NCBI GenBank assembly: GCA_029821875.1
Contig: JALGXW010000010.1
Coordinates: 3,859 to 67,858, forward strand
Direction of reading: 5' to 3'
From: Candidatus Hebobacterum abditum
GTDB lineage: Bacteria > Armatimonadota > Hebobacteria > Hebobacterales > Hebobacteraceae
DNA length: 64,000 bases
Below, in pieces: positions 36,789 to 46,558 of this stretch. The stretch's first letter is position 1, and every line of letters begins with the position of its first letter. The position numbers and the translations under genes were made by a program. Below the pieces are notes generated by a model that saw only the letters and a list, made by a program, of their open reading frames with translations, did no database searches and was not told where the DNA came from.

Positions 36789-37964
36789 ATGCTCGAACCT
36801 CGGCTGTTGAGAAGACTGGACTGGTCGCTGTTCGCCGCCGTGCTGGCGCTCTGCCTCTACGGCCTGGTCATGATCTACTCGGCGACTCGCTCACCCGAGG
36901 CCGCGAGGCTTGCGCCGCCGAGCTCCTTCGCGCTGAAGCAGTCCATCTGGCTCTTGTTGGCTCTCGCGGTCTTCCTGGTGACGGTTCTGGTCGACTACGA
37001 GAGAATCGCGCGGTGGCACGTTCCACTCTATGCAGGAGCTCTCGTCCTGCTGATTGTCGTGCTGTTCGTGGGGCGCGCCCCCACCGGAGCGGTCAGTTGG
37101 ATCGCTATCGGCGGCTTCCGACTTCAGCCATCCGAGTTCGCGAAGATAGCCGTCATCCTATCGCTGGCCGCGTTCCTCGGGCGCCGTGTGGAGGAAATCC
37201 AGAGCCTGCGGGTCGTGCTGCTCTCGCTGCTTGTCCCGGCTGCGCCCGTTCTCCTCGTTGTTCTTCAGCCCGACTTCGGCACGGCGCTGGTCGTGGTGGC
37301 CATCTGGTTCGGCGCGCTCTACCTGGCCGGCGCAAGAGTGGCCCACCTGGGAGTGGTGCTCGTCGGCGGCCTGGCGGTGTTTGCCCTCATGTGGAATCTC
37401 GACCGCCTTCCGGCCGACCGAATCTTGCCGAGGCCGATCGCTGGCATCGTGTCTAAGGCCGCGTTGAAGGACTACCAGAAGCAGCGCCTTACGATCTTCC
37501 TGAAACCCCAGGCCGACCCGCTCGGGGCCGGGTACCACGTCATCCAGTCCCGAGTTGCCATCGGCTCGGGGCAGTTGGCCGGACGCGGCCTGTTCCGGGG
37601 CACCCAGAGTCGCTTGCGGTTCATACCCGAGCGCCACACAGACTTCATCTACTCCGTCGTCGGCGAGGAGCTGGGGCTTGTGGGCGCAGCGGCCATGCTG
37701 CTCCTCTACTTGTTCCTGTTCTGGCGAGGTCTGCGAGTGGCCATCCGCGCACGAGATGCGCTGGGCTCTTTGCTGGCGGCTGGTGCGATCTCCATGCTTA
37801 TCTTCCACACGGTGGTCAACATCGGCATGAGCGTCAACATCATGCCGATCACGGGTCTCCCGTTGCCGTTCGTGAGCTATGGAGGCAGCAACCTGATGGC
37901 GAGCTTCATCGCCTTCGGTCTGCTCCAGAACGTCCACATGCGGCGCGACAGAATGCTCTTCTAA
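36789..37964 (+). CDS. SEDS-family peptidoglycan polymerase (FtsW/RodA)
   Basis: 391 aa with about 10 TM helices. C-terminal PITGLPLPFVSYGGSNLMASFIAFGLLQN signature. It lies outside the dcw cluster and no mreBCD or pbp2 is adjacent, so the RodA versus FtsW role cannot be decided. Confidence 0.85.
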   Translation: MLEPRLLRRLDWSLFAAVLALCLYGLVMIYSATRSPEAARLAPPSSFALKQSIWLLLALAVFLVTVLVDYERIARWHVPLYAGALVLLIVVLFVGRAPTGAVSWIAIGGFRLQPSEFAKIAVILSLAAFLGRRVEEIQSLRVVLLSLLVPAAPVLLVVLQPDFGTALVVVAIWFGALYLAGARVAHLGVVLVGGLAVFALMWNLDRLPADRILPRPIAGIVSKAALKDYQKQRLTIFLKPQADPLGAGYHVIQSRVAIGSGQLAGRGLFRGTQSRLRFIPERHTDFIYSVVGEELGLVGAAAMLLLYLFLFWRGLRVAIRARDALGSLLAAGAISMLIFHTVVNIGMSVNIMPITGLPLPFVSYGGSNLMASFIAFGLLQNVHMRRDRMLF

Positions 37965-37991
37965 GTCAGTACTCGGGGAGGTGTGCGGCAC

Positions 37992-38531
37992 ATGGCATCC
38001 CAAGACTATGTCAAGGGCGAAGGCTTCGAGATCCTCGGCGACAAGGAGGGGGCGAAGGCCGAGGATGAACAGCGCGGCGAGCCAACTGCCCAGGAGCCGA
38101 GCGATCATCACGGAGAGGACGTCAAGGGCGCGGGGTTCGAGATTCTCGATCACGAGGAGCCCGAGCCGTCGGCCGAAGAGGCCGGACCCGACCGAGGCCG
38201 GCAGGACACCGAGGAAGCCGCTTCCGAGAGTGCTGGAGGCGGGCCGCAGGAGCAGCTCGCGCCCATCGATGTCTACTCAGTCCTGAGGCTATCGGTCGCC
38301 CAGCTCGCAGGGGTGGCCTGGCAGAAGATGGGCCTGCAGCCGGACCCCTTCACGAACCAGATTCAGGAAGACATGGCGCAGGCTCGCATCGCCATCGACG
38401 CGGCCGCGGCGCTGGTGGAGAAACTCCAGCCACATCTGCATGGGCAGGAGGCAAGGGACTACCAGGCTCTGCTCGCCGACCTTCGCCTCAACTTCGTGAG
38501 CCACTCGGGGGGGAAGTCCGAGACGGAGTAG
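37992..38531 (+). CDS. DUF1844-domain protein with acidic, internally duplicated N-terminal region
   Basis: The C-terminal IDVYSVLRLSVAQLAGVAWQKMGL ... AQARIAIDAAAAL matches my recollection of DUF1844. The N-terminus has two copies of VKGxGFEILxxxE. Confidence 0.5.
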   Translation: MASQDYVKGEGFEILGDKEGAKAEDEQRGEPTAQEPSDHHGEDVKGAGFEILDHEEPEPSAEEAGPDRGRQDTEEAASESAGGGPQEQLAPIDVYSVLRLSVAQLAGVAWQKMGLQPDPFTNQIQEDMAQARIAIDAAAALVEKLQPHLHGQEARDYQALLADLRLNFVSHSGGKSETE

Positions 38532-38749
38532 CGGCGGGCCGCTCCTGCAGGGGCTCGCGCGCCTGTGCCCGAGCAGGGCGCACTCGCGGCGTCGGCCCTG
38601 CCGCCTGCTCCGCCATGGCCGGCCTTCCACACGTTGGTGCCGTCCAGGCATCGGCGTTCTGAAAGTGTTCGTAGGCCCTTCGCAGTACGTTCACACGCTC
38701 TCCGCATACTATCAGGACAAGCTTGGCGATCTGTAGCCAGGAGGAGCGT

Positions 38750-39559
38750 GTGCGCGTCCATTCTGCTGTTCTTCTCGCTGTCGCCCTTCTCGTCGGCATG
38801 TCCGCCGGTCAGCCCGCGGAGTCGGCGGAGACGCTGACCGTGTTCGGGGCGGCCTCGCTGACTGAGTTCCTGGGGGAAGCGGAGCTCGTCTTCGAGAAGA
38901 AGCACCCCGGCACGCAGGTCCGCCTGAACCTGGCCGCCAGCTCGCGCCTCCGGATCCAGATCGAGTACGGCGGGCCGGCTGACGTATTCTTGTCCGCCAA
39001 CACCAGGAACATGGACCCCCTCGTCAAGGCGAAGCTGGCTGAGAAGCCGAGCACATTCGCTCACAACAGGCTCGTCATCGCGGTGCCAAAGAGGAACCCT
39101 GCGCGGATCAGGACACCCACCGATCTCGCCCGGCCGAGTGTGAAGCTCGTCATCGCCGCCGAAGAGACACCGATCGGAACCTACACGCGGGAGGTCATTG
39201 GCAAGATGGACGCGTGCGGCGATTACGGTCAGGACTTCGCGGCGCGCGTCATGGCGAACGTCCGCTCCCACGAGCCCACCGTGAAGGCCGTCGTCGCAAG
39301 AGTGAACCTGGGCGAAGCCGATGCCGGGATCTGCTACTCATCCGACATAACGCCGGCCGTCCGCGAGGACGTCTTCACCATTCACATTCCCGAGCCGGTC
39401 AACATCGTCGCCGACTACCCCATCGCAGTGATAGCGAGAACTCGGCATAGGACGCTGGCCGACAAGTTCGTCGCCTTCGTGCTCTCACGGGAGGGCCAAC
39501 GCCTTCTCGTCAAGCACGGCTTCGTGAACGCGAAGCCGACAGAAGTGTCACAGCCATGA
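38750..39559 (+). CDS. modA: Molybdate ABC transporter substrate-binding protein
   Basis: GTG 38750 lies 5 nt after an AGGAGG SD and gives the signal peptide VRVHSAVLLAVALLVGMSAG. The ModA fold is present (TLTVFGAASLTEF ... ADVFLSAN ... ICYSSD). Confidence 0.85.
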   Translation: MRVHSAVLLAVALLVGMSAGQPAESAETLTVFGAASLTEFLGEAELVFEKKHPGTQVRLNLAASSRLRIQIEYGGPADVFLSANTRNMDPLVKAKLAEKPSTFAHNRLVIAVPKRNPARIRTPTDLARPSVKLVIAAEETPIGTYTREVIGKMDACGDYGQDFAARVMANVRSHEPTVKAVVARVNLGEADAGICYSSDITPAVREDVFTIHIPEPVNIVADYPIAVIARTRHRTLADKFVAFVLSREGQRLLVKHGFVNAKPTEVSQP

Positions 39560-39590
39560 ACCCATCCGTGGCGATTGGGGCTTAGAGCAT

Positions 39591-40430
39591 ATGAAACCAA
39601 AACGAAGTATCCTCCTCCTGCTACTCTCGGTGCCAGCGCTCGCGCTGATCGTGCTGCCGATCGTCGGCCTCTTCTGGCGTTCTCAGTTGGGCCAGATAGG
39701 CTCCTACGTGTGCTGCAGACCCGTGGCAGAGGCCCTCACGTTAAGCCTCACGACGTCCGGCCTGACGGCCATCCTGATTCTGCTGGTTGGGACGCCACTG
39801 GCCTACTGGCTCGCCTTCGTGGACTTCAGGGGAAAGCGCATCGTCGACACCTTGGTCGATTTGCCGGTTGTATTGCCGCCAGTCGTCGCCGGTGTCGCTC
39901 TGCTCATCACCTTCGGTGGGTTCGGGCTGCTCGGCAGATACCTCAACCTGGCCGGTATCAGCATACCGTATACGATGGCCGCGGTCGTTCTCGCCCAGAC
40001 CTTCGTCTCGGGCCCCTTCTACGTTCGCCAGGCGCGGGTTGGCTTTGAGAGCGTGCCGAGGCAGCTCATTATGGCCTCGATGACGATGGGTGCATCTCCC
40101 CTGCGGACCTTCTTCCGAGTCACCGCGCCGCTCGCCTCGCACGCCATGCTGGCGGGGCTGGTCATGGCGTGGGCGAGGGCCGTTGGAGAGTTCGGCGCGA
40201 CGATGATGTTCGCAGGCAACATGCCGGGCGTGACCCAGACGATGCCCCTTGCGATCTACGCGATGTTCGAGTCGAACATAGAGGCGGCGATCGTTCTGTC
40301 TCTGACGCTGGTGGCGATATCCTTCCTCGTTATCGTAGTGACGAAGTTCGTGCTTATTCCCGGTCGGGAGGGAGAGCAGACGCGGTTCATGTCCGCACTC
40401 TCCCGGAGCGCCGAGGGGGCCGCGCCCTAG
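39591..40430 (+). CDS. modB: Molybdate ABC transporter permease
   Basis: 279 aa with six TM helices and the CysTW-type EAA loop (FFRVTAPLASHAM). Confidence 0.85.
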   Translation: MKPKRSILLLLLSVPALALIVLPIVGLFWRSQLGQIGSYVCCRPVAEALTLSLTTSGLTAILILLVGTPLAYWLAFVDFRGKRIVDTLVDLPVVLPPVVAGVALLITFGGFGLLGRYLNLAGISIPYTMAAVVLAQTFVSGPFYVRQARVGFESVPRQLIMASMTMGASPLRTFFRVTAPLASHAMLAGLVMAWARAVGEFGATMMFAGNMPGVTQTMPLAIYAMFESNIEAAIVLSLTLVAISFLVIVVTKFVLIPGREGEQTRFMSALSRSAEGAAP

Positions 40431-41665
40431 AGGTCGGGCAGACGGCCTAGTCTCCGTCGCACCGCGCGCAACAAGCGACGGTCCACCGGCCCGCACTCGG
40501 TGAGCAGCTGCGCGAACCACGACACAGGTGTCGCATCGAAGGCAACGTTCATCACCCTCACTCCGCGCGCTCGCGCCAGCTTCGCCGGGTCTTGTGGGGC
40601 CAACGCCGCGGGCCAGCCCGGCGGACAGACCTTGTGTGTCTGCGAGACTACGTAGCACGGGACCCCGCTCTCTCTGCCGGCGAGCGCAGCCAGCCTGGTG
40701 CCAGCCTTGTTGATGACCTGGTCGTCCGCGGTGATCGCGTCGGCACCCACGAGCACGGCGTCACACCGCGGGGCGAAGATCCCAACCTGTGCGTCGCTGA
40801 TCAGTGTGACGCGCATTCCCGCTGAGGCTAGCTCGCGGGCGAACGAGATACCTTCGCACTCGGGCCGAGACTCCGTCACGACCACCTCCCGGCCCGGCCG
40901 CCACCATCGGAGCAGCGTCTCCCGGCAGGCACTGCTCGCGCTGTGCGTCAGGATCCTCCGGCGGCCTCCGAGAGCCGCGGCAGCCTCCCGCGCCGATGCC
41001 TCGGTGGCAGCCTTGACCTCCTCGGTGAGGCCGCCCGTCGAGGCCGACGCACTCAGCGCTCTCGCCGCCAGATGAGGGAAGATGCCCATCGAGGGGCGGA
41101 GGGAGGCAAAGGCGAGCAGGGCGCGCCTGCGGCTCCTCCCCCTGACGCGGCCAACTGCTCGCAGGCCGGCCAGGGCCAGATCCGTCGCGCCACGCTCCGT
41201 GTCGGTCGCGATCTCTCCGAGCGCCTGCCAGAGCGGATCGGACCCCCATGGCGGCCACACCCTCGCGAGACCATTGGCAAGTCCAGGCACCGTACGTCGG
41301 CAAGCGACCTCATCGGGAGGCACCCACTCCGAGGCGGCCGATTCCCAGTCCGCCTGGATGGCCGCTCCGGGCCGGAGCCGGAACAGGAAGGTATACACGA
41401 GCCACCGTTTGGAGACGACTCGGTCTCTCACCAGCATCGGAACACCGATGCCGCGCAGGACAACCTGATCGGCGGCGACGCCGACCTCCTCCTCGATTTC
41501 GAGTAACGCCTGCGCCAGAGGCAGGCGCTCGAGGTAGCCGCTGACACCGGCCCACCGGCCGGCGTGGGTGCCAACGCGGTCACTGCGCTTCAGCAGCAGG
41601 ATCCTCCCACGTCGGTACAGGAACGCGGTCACGACAGGTATTGCATCGAGCGAGCTGATTGACAT
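40427..41665 (-). CDS. Fusion protein: N-terminal NUDIX hydrolase domain + C-terminal eIF-2B/MtnA (e2b2) family isomerase-like domain
   Basis: 412 aa. Nudix box GRWAGVSGYLERLPLAQALLEIEEEVG (Gx5Ex7REUxEExGU) lies in residues about 30-60. Residues about 230-400 (ILTHSASSACRE ... VVVTESRP ... DAVLVGADAITADDQVINKAGT ... VPCYVV) match the e2b2-family C-terminal Rossmann domain. Confidence 0.75.
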   Translation of the reverse strand: MSISSLDAIPVVTAFLYRRGRILLLKRSDRVGTHAGRWAGVSGYLERLPLAQALLEIEEEVGVAADQVVLRGIGVPMLVRDRVVSKRWLVYTFLFRLRPGAAIQADWESAASEWVPPDEVACRRTVPGLANGLARVWPPWGSDPLWQALGEIATDTERGATDLALAGLRAVGRVRGRSRRRALLAFASLRPSMGIFPHLAARALSASASTGGLTEEVKAATEASAREAAAALGGRRRILTHSASSACRETLLRWWRPGREVVVTESRPECEGISFARELASAGMRVTLISDAQVGIFAPRCDAVLVGADAITADDQVINKAGTRLAALAGRESGVPCYVVSQTHKVCPPGWPAALAPQDPAKLARARGVRVMNVAFDATPVSWFAQLLTECGPVDRRLLRAVRRRLGRLPDL

Positions 41666-41783
41666 GGCCGCAGGCTATGTTAACGTCACCGCGCCAGGAC
41701 CGCAACCGACAGCCGCCGAACTCCCTCAGGCCATAGGGAGATAGAGGCAAGTCTGAGCTGATGTCAGCCTGGAGGAGAGAGCA

Positions 41784-42815
41784 GTGCCCAGCAGCAAAGC
41801 AGTACTGGCGACGACGCAGTGGGGATACCGGGAGGCCCCGGCCGAGGTGAACCCATACGGCGATGTCTTCTCGCTCGATGCGGCCCGACAGTGGTCCCGG
41901 GAACAGATAGAGGGTGCCGTGGAACTGGTGGGCCAGGCCGGTGAGCAGAATGCAGACCTGGTGGTCATGGGCGAAGATATCGCAAGCCTGGGATATGCGC
42001 TCACCTACCTCGACGATCCATCGGTCTTCCGGACACTCGCGGGGGAGACGGCCGCACTCGCGCTGCAGGCCGTGGGCGAGGTAGCCAAGGACCATTCGAT
42101 GCATGTCGTGGCGTGCTTCTTCGAGCCCCAGGGCGAGCACATCTACAACACAGCAGCCTTGTTCGGGCGCGACGGGAGCGTCCTGGGCCGCTACCACAAG
42201 GTGCACCTGCCGGTATACGAGACGTGGCTCGTCACACCGGGAGACTCCTTCCCAGCCTTCGAGACAGACATCGGGATGGTTAGTGTGCTGATCTGCTACG
42301 ATGACATGTGGTGTGAGTCCAGCGCGGCCTGTGCGCTGAATGGCGCCCGCATCATCTGCCACCCGACCGCCTATAGCCCGCCTGAGTACCGCGTCCGGAC
42401 CCGGTCGATGGACGCCCAGGTCTTCTACATCACCTCGACTCGCAGCGGCTCCCGCATGTGTGCACCCGACGCGACGATCCTTGGCGATTGCGGCGAACAG
42501 GGCGACGGCTTCGTGACCGCACAGGTAGACCTGGCGACGGCCTCCCTGGGTCCGGAGAACTTCTGGGAGTATCTGTACTCCGGGATCCGAGACCATAGGG
42601 AGCGCCACCTCAAGCTACGGCGCGCGGACGCATACGGGCGGCTCATCGATGATCATCCTCCTGCCCTCGATGCCTACCCTCCCGGCGGCGTCCGGAACAC
42701 TCCCGAAGCGATCCGCGACGTGTACGAGAAGCAGAAGGAGGACTACCGGCGAGGCCTGCGCGGAGAGAAGCAGCTCTATACGTGGGACTGGTCAGATGCG
42801 AAGCCCGGCGGCTGA
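41784..42815 (+). CDS. Carbon-nitrogen hydrolase (nitrilase superfamily; omega-amidase/MtnU-like)
   Basis: 343 aa. A GTG start follows a GGAGAGAG SD. The E-K-C triad context is present (VVMGE, YHKVHLP, LICYDDMW). Confidence 0.8.
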   Translation: MPSSKAVLATTQWGYREAPAEVNPYGDVFSLDAARQWSREQIEGAVELVGQAGEQNADLVVMGEDIASLGYALTYLDDPSVFRTLAGETAALALQAVGEVAKDHSMHVVACFFEPQGEHIYNTAALFGRDGSVLGRYHKVHLPVYETWLVTPGDSFPAFETDIGMVSVLICYDDMWCESSAACALNGARIICHPTAYSPPEYRVRTRSMDAQVFYITSTRSGSRMCAPDATILGDCGEQGDGFVTAQVDLATASLGPENFWEYLYSGIRDHRERHLKLRRADAYGRLIDDHPPALDAYPPGGVRNTPEAIRDVYEKQKEDYRRGLRGEKQLYTWDWSDAKPGG

Positions 42816-42923
42816 GAGAGGGATAACGCCTCCCCCACAGAGGCCGGACTTGCCGAGCAGGAACCGAAGCGATCCATCGCTGCCCGCAGGAGCCTGTTCG
42901 GTCAGCGCAGAAAAGCGTATGCC

Positions 42924-43817
42924 GTGACCCCACAGGAACTGGAATTCACCGAGATAACGATCCTGACCCATCCGGAGGCATCGGAGGGCGTGACAGATGC
43001 GTTGCTGGGCGCCGGCGCCACCGGCGTTGCGGAGGAGCGTCGGCCCCTACACGTCCGTGTCACTGCGTACCTGCCAAAGGACGATGGGTTGGAGGGCCGC
43101 GTGCACCAGGTGAGAGAGCGACTGGCTGCGCTCGAGAGGGAAGGCCTGCGCATTGGCCCTGGAACCATCGGCCTTCGCACTCTCGAAGAGAAGGCATGGA
43201 GTGAAGCGTGGAAAGACCAGTTCGAGATACTCAAGGTCACGCGGGGCCTCGTCATCGTTCCCAGCTGGGAGGAGTATGAGCCGGAGGAGGACGAGGCCGT
43301 TGTGGTCCTGGAGCCCGGGGCGGCCTTTGGGACAGGTGGACACGCCACAACGCGGCTCTGCCTGCGCGCGCTGGTGCAGCATCTCCGGCCGGGCGACCGT
43401 GTGGCCGATGTCGGATGTGGCAGCGGGATTCTTGCCATCACGGCGGCCGTGCTCGGGGCCACTAGTGTGCTGGCGACCGACAACGACCGGACGGCGCTCC
43501 CGGTTGCGCAGGCCAACGCAAAGCGCAATGCCGTCGTAGATCAGACTCGCTTCGTGGAGGCTGACCTGCTCGGCGAGGTCTCGGGGCCCTTTGACCTCGT
43601 CGTGTGCAATACCGTTGCCGAGGAGGTGATCCGGCTCGCCGAGAGCCTGCCAGCCCTGCTGAGCCGGGGAGGCCGCTGCATCGCTTCGGGCTTCGTCACA
43701 GCCAATATCCCGCGCGTAGAGGACGCCCTCAGCCGAAGTGGCCTCGACATGCTGGAGACACCGAGCGAGGAGGGATGGGCCGCCTGTGTGGCGGCGCGGC
43801 CGGACCGCGGCCGCTGA
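42924..43817 (+). CDS. prmA: Ribosomal protein L11 methyltransferase
   Basis: 297 aa. PrmA N-domain followed by the SAM motif VADVGCGSGILAI ... ATDND. GTG start. Confidence 0.85.
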   Translation: MTPQELEFTEITILTHPEASEGVTDALLGAGATGVAEERRPLHVRVTAYLPKDDGLEGRVHQVRERLAALEREGLRIGPGTIGLRTLEEKAWSEAWKDQFEILKVTRGLVIVPSWEEYEPEEDEAVVVLEPGAAFGTGGHATTRLCLRALVQHLRPGDRVADVGCGSGILAITAAVLGATSVLATDNDRTALPVAQANAKRNAVVDQTRFVEADLLGEVSGPFDLVVCNTVAEEVIRLAESLPALLSRGGRCIASGFVTANIPRVEDALSRSGLDMLETPSEEGWAACVAARPDRGR

Positions 43818-43909
43818 CCCTCCGGCGATCCTCGGCCGGGAGGCGGCCATTGCCCTGCAGCGCGGCACTGTGGGAACGCTCGCACAGCCGCCAGGACCGA
43901 GGTGCTTGC

Positions 43910-44326
43910 GTGATCCCGTCCCTTGGCATAGACATCGTGCAGATCGACCGAATCAGGCAGGCGCTGCGGCGGCGTCCGCGACTGGCGGCACGCCTGTTCA
44001 CTGACCGCGAGCGCACCTACTGCGAGCGGAGAGCAGATCCGGCGCCTCACTACGCAGCCAGATTCGCAGCCAAGGAGGCCGCCGCCAAGGCCATAGGGCG
44101 CTGGCTCCGATGGCAAGAGGTGGAAGTTGTCAACGATTCCGCGGGCAGGCCGAACTTGGAGTTTCACGGCGACGCGGCCCGCCTGGCCGGCACCGCCAAG
44201 GGAGGCCAAGCCCTGGTCTCTCTGTCGCATGAGAGGCACTACGCCGTCGCCTGTGTCTTGCTCGTGATGCCCCAGGGAGCCGCCGGCCTGGACGATATCC
44301 TGCCACGAGGGGGTGCGCGCGTGTGA
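43910..44326 (+). CDS. acpS: Holo-[acyl-carrier-protein] synthase
   Basis: The GTG at 43910 gives (M)IPSLGIDIVQIDRI ... FAAKEAAAKA, a canonical AcpS. The 5' extension in the track is antisense-like and overlaps prmA. Confidence 0.8.
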   Translation: MIPSLGIDIVQIDRIRQALRRRPRLAARLFTDRERTYCERRADPAPHYAARFAAKEAAAKAIGRWLRWQEVEVVNDSAGRPNLEFHGDAARLAGTAKGGQALVSLSHERHYAVACVLLVMPQGAAGLDDILPRGGARV

Positions 44327-45900
44327 AAGTCGTTACCGCACGGCAAATGAGACAGCTGGATGCAAAGGCCATCGACGAGCGGGGAATGCCGGGACTGACT
44401 CTGATGGAGAACGCCGGACGCGCGGTGGCCGATGCCGCGCTGAGGCTGACAGAAGATGTCCCAGACCGGCCGGTCGTGGTCCTGTGCGGCCGCGGGAACA
44501 ACGGTGGAGATGGCTTTGTGGCGGCTCGCCATCTGCGAGAGAGGGGCCGTCAGGTGCAGGTGTTCCTCGCGGCGGCGCGGGACGAACTCAGCGGAGACGC
44601 GGAGGCGAACCTCGAGCGTCTGGAAGCGGCGGGGTCGAGCGCCGATGTGCTCTCAGATCCTGGACCCGTCAGCCAGGCCTGTCCCGCGGCCGGCCTCGTT
44701 GTGGACGCTCTGCTCGGCACGGGCCTCAGGGGGAAGGTGCGCGGCCTTCCGGGCCAGCTGATAGAAGCCGTGAACGAGTGCGCTGTGCGTGTGCTGGCCG
44801 TGGACGTTCCCTCCGGCCTCGACGCGGACACGGGCGAGCCACTGGGTCTCGCCACTCGGGCTGTCGAGACGGTCACGATGGGGCTGCCGAAGCTCGGACT
44901 GTTCCTGTACCCGGGCACGGACTACGCCGGCCGGGTGACGATTGCGGAGATCGGCTTCCCTGCCGACCTGCTGGACGAGGCCCCGTCCGTGGCCGACTTG
45001 ATTGACCCGGAATGGGTGCGCATGCTCCTGCCGCGCCGCGAGCCGAGCGCCCACAAGGGGAGGTTCGGGCGGGTGTTGGCCATTGCCGGTTCGGCCGGGA
45101 TGACTGGTGCGGCTTGTCTCTGCGCCCAGGGAGCGCTCCGCGCGGGAGCGGGACTCGTCACGGTGGGGGGGCCGGCGAGCATTAACGACATCCTCGAGGT
45201 CAAACTCACCGAGGCTATGACCGTCCCCCTGCCGGAGACCTATGGGCGCACTCTCGACACGCGGGCGCTTGCTCTGATCCTCGAGTTGGCGGAGGATGCC
45301 GACGTGCTGGCCATCGGGCCGGGGCTGTCCCGGGAGCCTGAGACGGCTGTGTTGGTGCGAAGACTCGTCGCACGTGTGGAAAAACCAATTGTGGTTGACG
45401 CGGACGGGATCAACGCGCTAGCAGATGCGGCCCTCATCCTCGAAGGAGCGCACGCGCCCGCAGTGCTGACTCCCCATCCGGGAGAGATGGCTCGGCTGAT
45501 GGGCGTCGCCGCCGAGAAGGTACAGTCGCGCCGCGCTCACTTCGCGGAAGCTGCAGCCAAGCGCTTTGACGCAACTATCGTGTTGAAGGGTGCGAGGTCT
45601 ATCATTGCCCACGCTGGCCGGCCCCTCACCATCAACCCAACCGGCAACCCGGGCATGGCCACCGGCGGAACCGGCGACGTGCTCACCGGAATGGTGGCGG
45701 CCCTCATCGCGCAAGGGCTACTGCCCTTCGAAGCGGCGGCCGCTGCCACCTATCTCCACGGCCTCGCGGGAGACATCGCCGCCAGTCAACTCGGCGAGAC
45801 GAGCATGGTGGCCAGCGACGTGCTCGCGGCCGTCCCCGAAGCGGTCCGGCGAGTCGCCGAAGGAGACCGCGAGGAGCGTCGGTGGAAACCGGCTCTGTAA
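44323..45900 (+). CDS. nnr: Bifunctional NAD(P)H-hydrate repair enzyme (epimerase + ADP-dependent dehydratase)
   Basis: 525 aa. YjeF-N domain (VVVLCGRGNNGGDGFVAARHL) fused to the carbohydrate-kinase-like YjeF-C domain (GTGDVLTG). GTGA overlap with acpS. Confidence 0.85.
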   Translation: MKVVTARQMRQLDAKAIDERGMPGLTLMENAGRAVADAALRLTEDVPDRPVVVLCGRGNNGGDGFVAARHLRERGRQVQVFLAAARDELSGDAEANLERLEAAGSSADVLSDPGPVSQACPAAGLVVDALLGTGLRGKVRGLPGQLIEAVNECAVRVLAVDVPSGLDADTGEPLGLATRAVETVTMGLPKLGLFLYPGTDYAGRVTIAEIGFPADLLDEAPSVADLIDPEWVRMLLPRREPSAHKGRFGRVLAIAGSAGMTGAACLCAQGALRAGAGLVTVGGPASINDILEVKLTEAMTVPLPETYGRTLDTRALALILELAEDADVLAIGPGLSREPETAVLVRRLVARVEKPIVVDADGINALADAALILEGAHAPAVLTPHPGEMARLMGVAAEKVQSRRAHFAEAAAKRFDATIVLKGARSIIAHAGRPLTINPTGNPGMATGGTGDVLTGMVAALIAQGLLPFEAAAAATYLHGLAGDIAASQLGETSMVASDVLAAVPEAVRRVAEGDREERRWKPAL

Positions 45901-45958
45901 GGATCACAGTGCGGCATCCCCTGGGAAGGGCCTCGTTCTGAGGTAGGCGCTGGCGAGC

Positions 45959-46558
45959 ATGCACGACGACATTGCATCCCCTGCAGTCGCTCAGGCCGCC
46001 GTGGCCGCGGTCCTGCTCATCGGTGTGTTGGCTCTCTACCTGCTGAGGTTCGCTCGGTCTTGGCGGTGGGTCGCGGTCGCCCTGCTCGTATGCGTGCTGG
46101 ACCAAGCGGCCAAGGCGGCCATCTCGCCGAGTGGCGGGCAGCACCGGGTGTCGTTGCTGGGGGGCTGGCTGCGGGTCGCGTACACGGAGAACTGGGAGCA
46201 GGGGTTCGGCGGTAACGTTCCCTACCTGCTCGCGACGACTGTGCTCTGTGTCGCCGCCCTCTACCTGCTGTACGAGCGGTTGCTCAAGGCGCGCTACCGC
46301 ATGTCTCCCCTGGCCGAACTCGCGGTGGCTCTCATGGTTGGCGGCTACATGGGCATTCTGCTGGACCGAGTGCGGCTCGGCTTCGTGGTGGACTTCCTGG
46401 AGTTCGGGCGGGCCAGCACCTTCGTCTACAACGTCGCCGACCTGGCCGTCTTCCTGGCTCTGGCGCTCCTACTGGCGAGGGCGGTCCAATGGGGAAGGCA
46501 GGTGTGGTCCCGCAGATCCGGTCCGCGGGAGAGGGCTGTCGGATGGCCGAAGACCTAG
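45959..46558 (+). CDS. lspA: Lipoprotein signal peptidase (signal peptidase II)
   Basis: 199 aa with four TM helices. The DQAAK ... ENWEQGFGG ... VVDFLEF ... FVYNVAD conserved boxes are present. Confidence 0.8.
   Translation: MHDDIASPAVAQAAVAAVLLIGVLALYLLRFARSWRWVAVALLVCVLDQAAKAAISPSGGQHRVSLLGGWLRVAYTENWEQGFGGNVPYLLATTVLCVAALYLLYERLLKARYRMSPLAELAVALMVGGYMGILLDRVRLGFVVDFLEFGRASTFVYNVADLAVFLALALLLARAVQWGRQVWSRRSGPRERAVGWPKT

Noticed and set aside
38532-38749. Possible molybdenum-cofactor (Moco) riboswitch upstream of modA
   Set aside because: Position and length are compatible, but I could not recognise the conserved Moco RNA elements by eye. This needs Infernal/Rfam RF01055.
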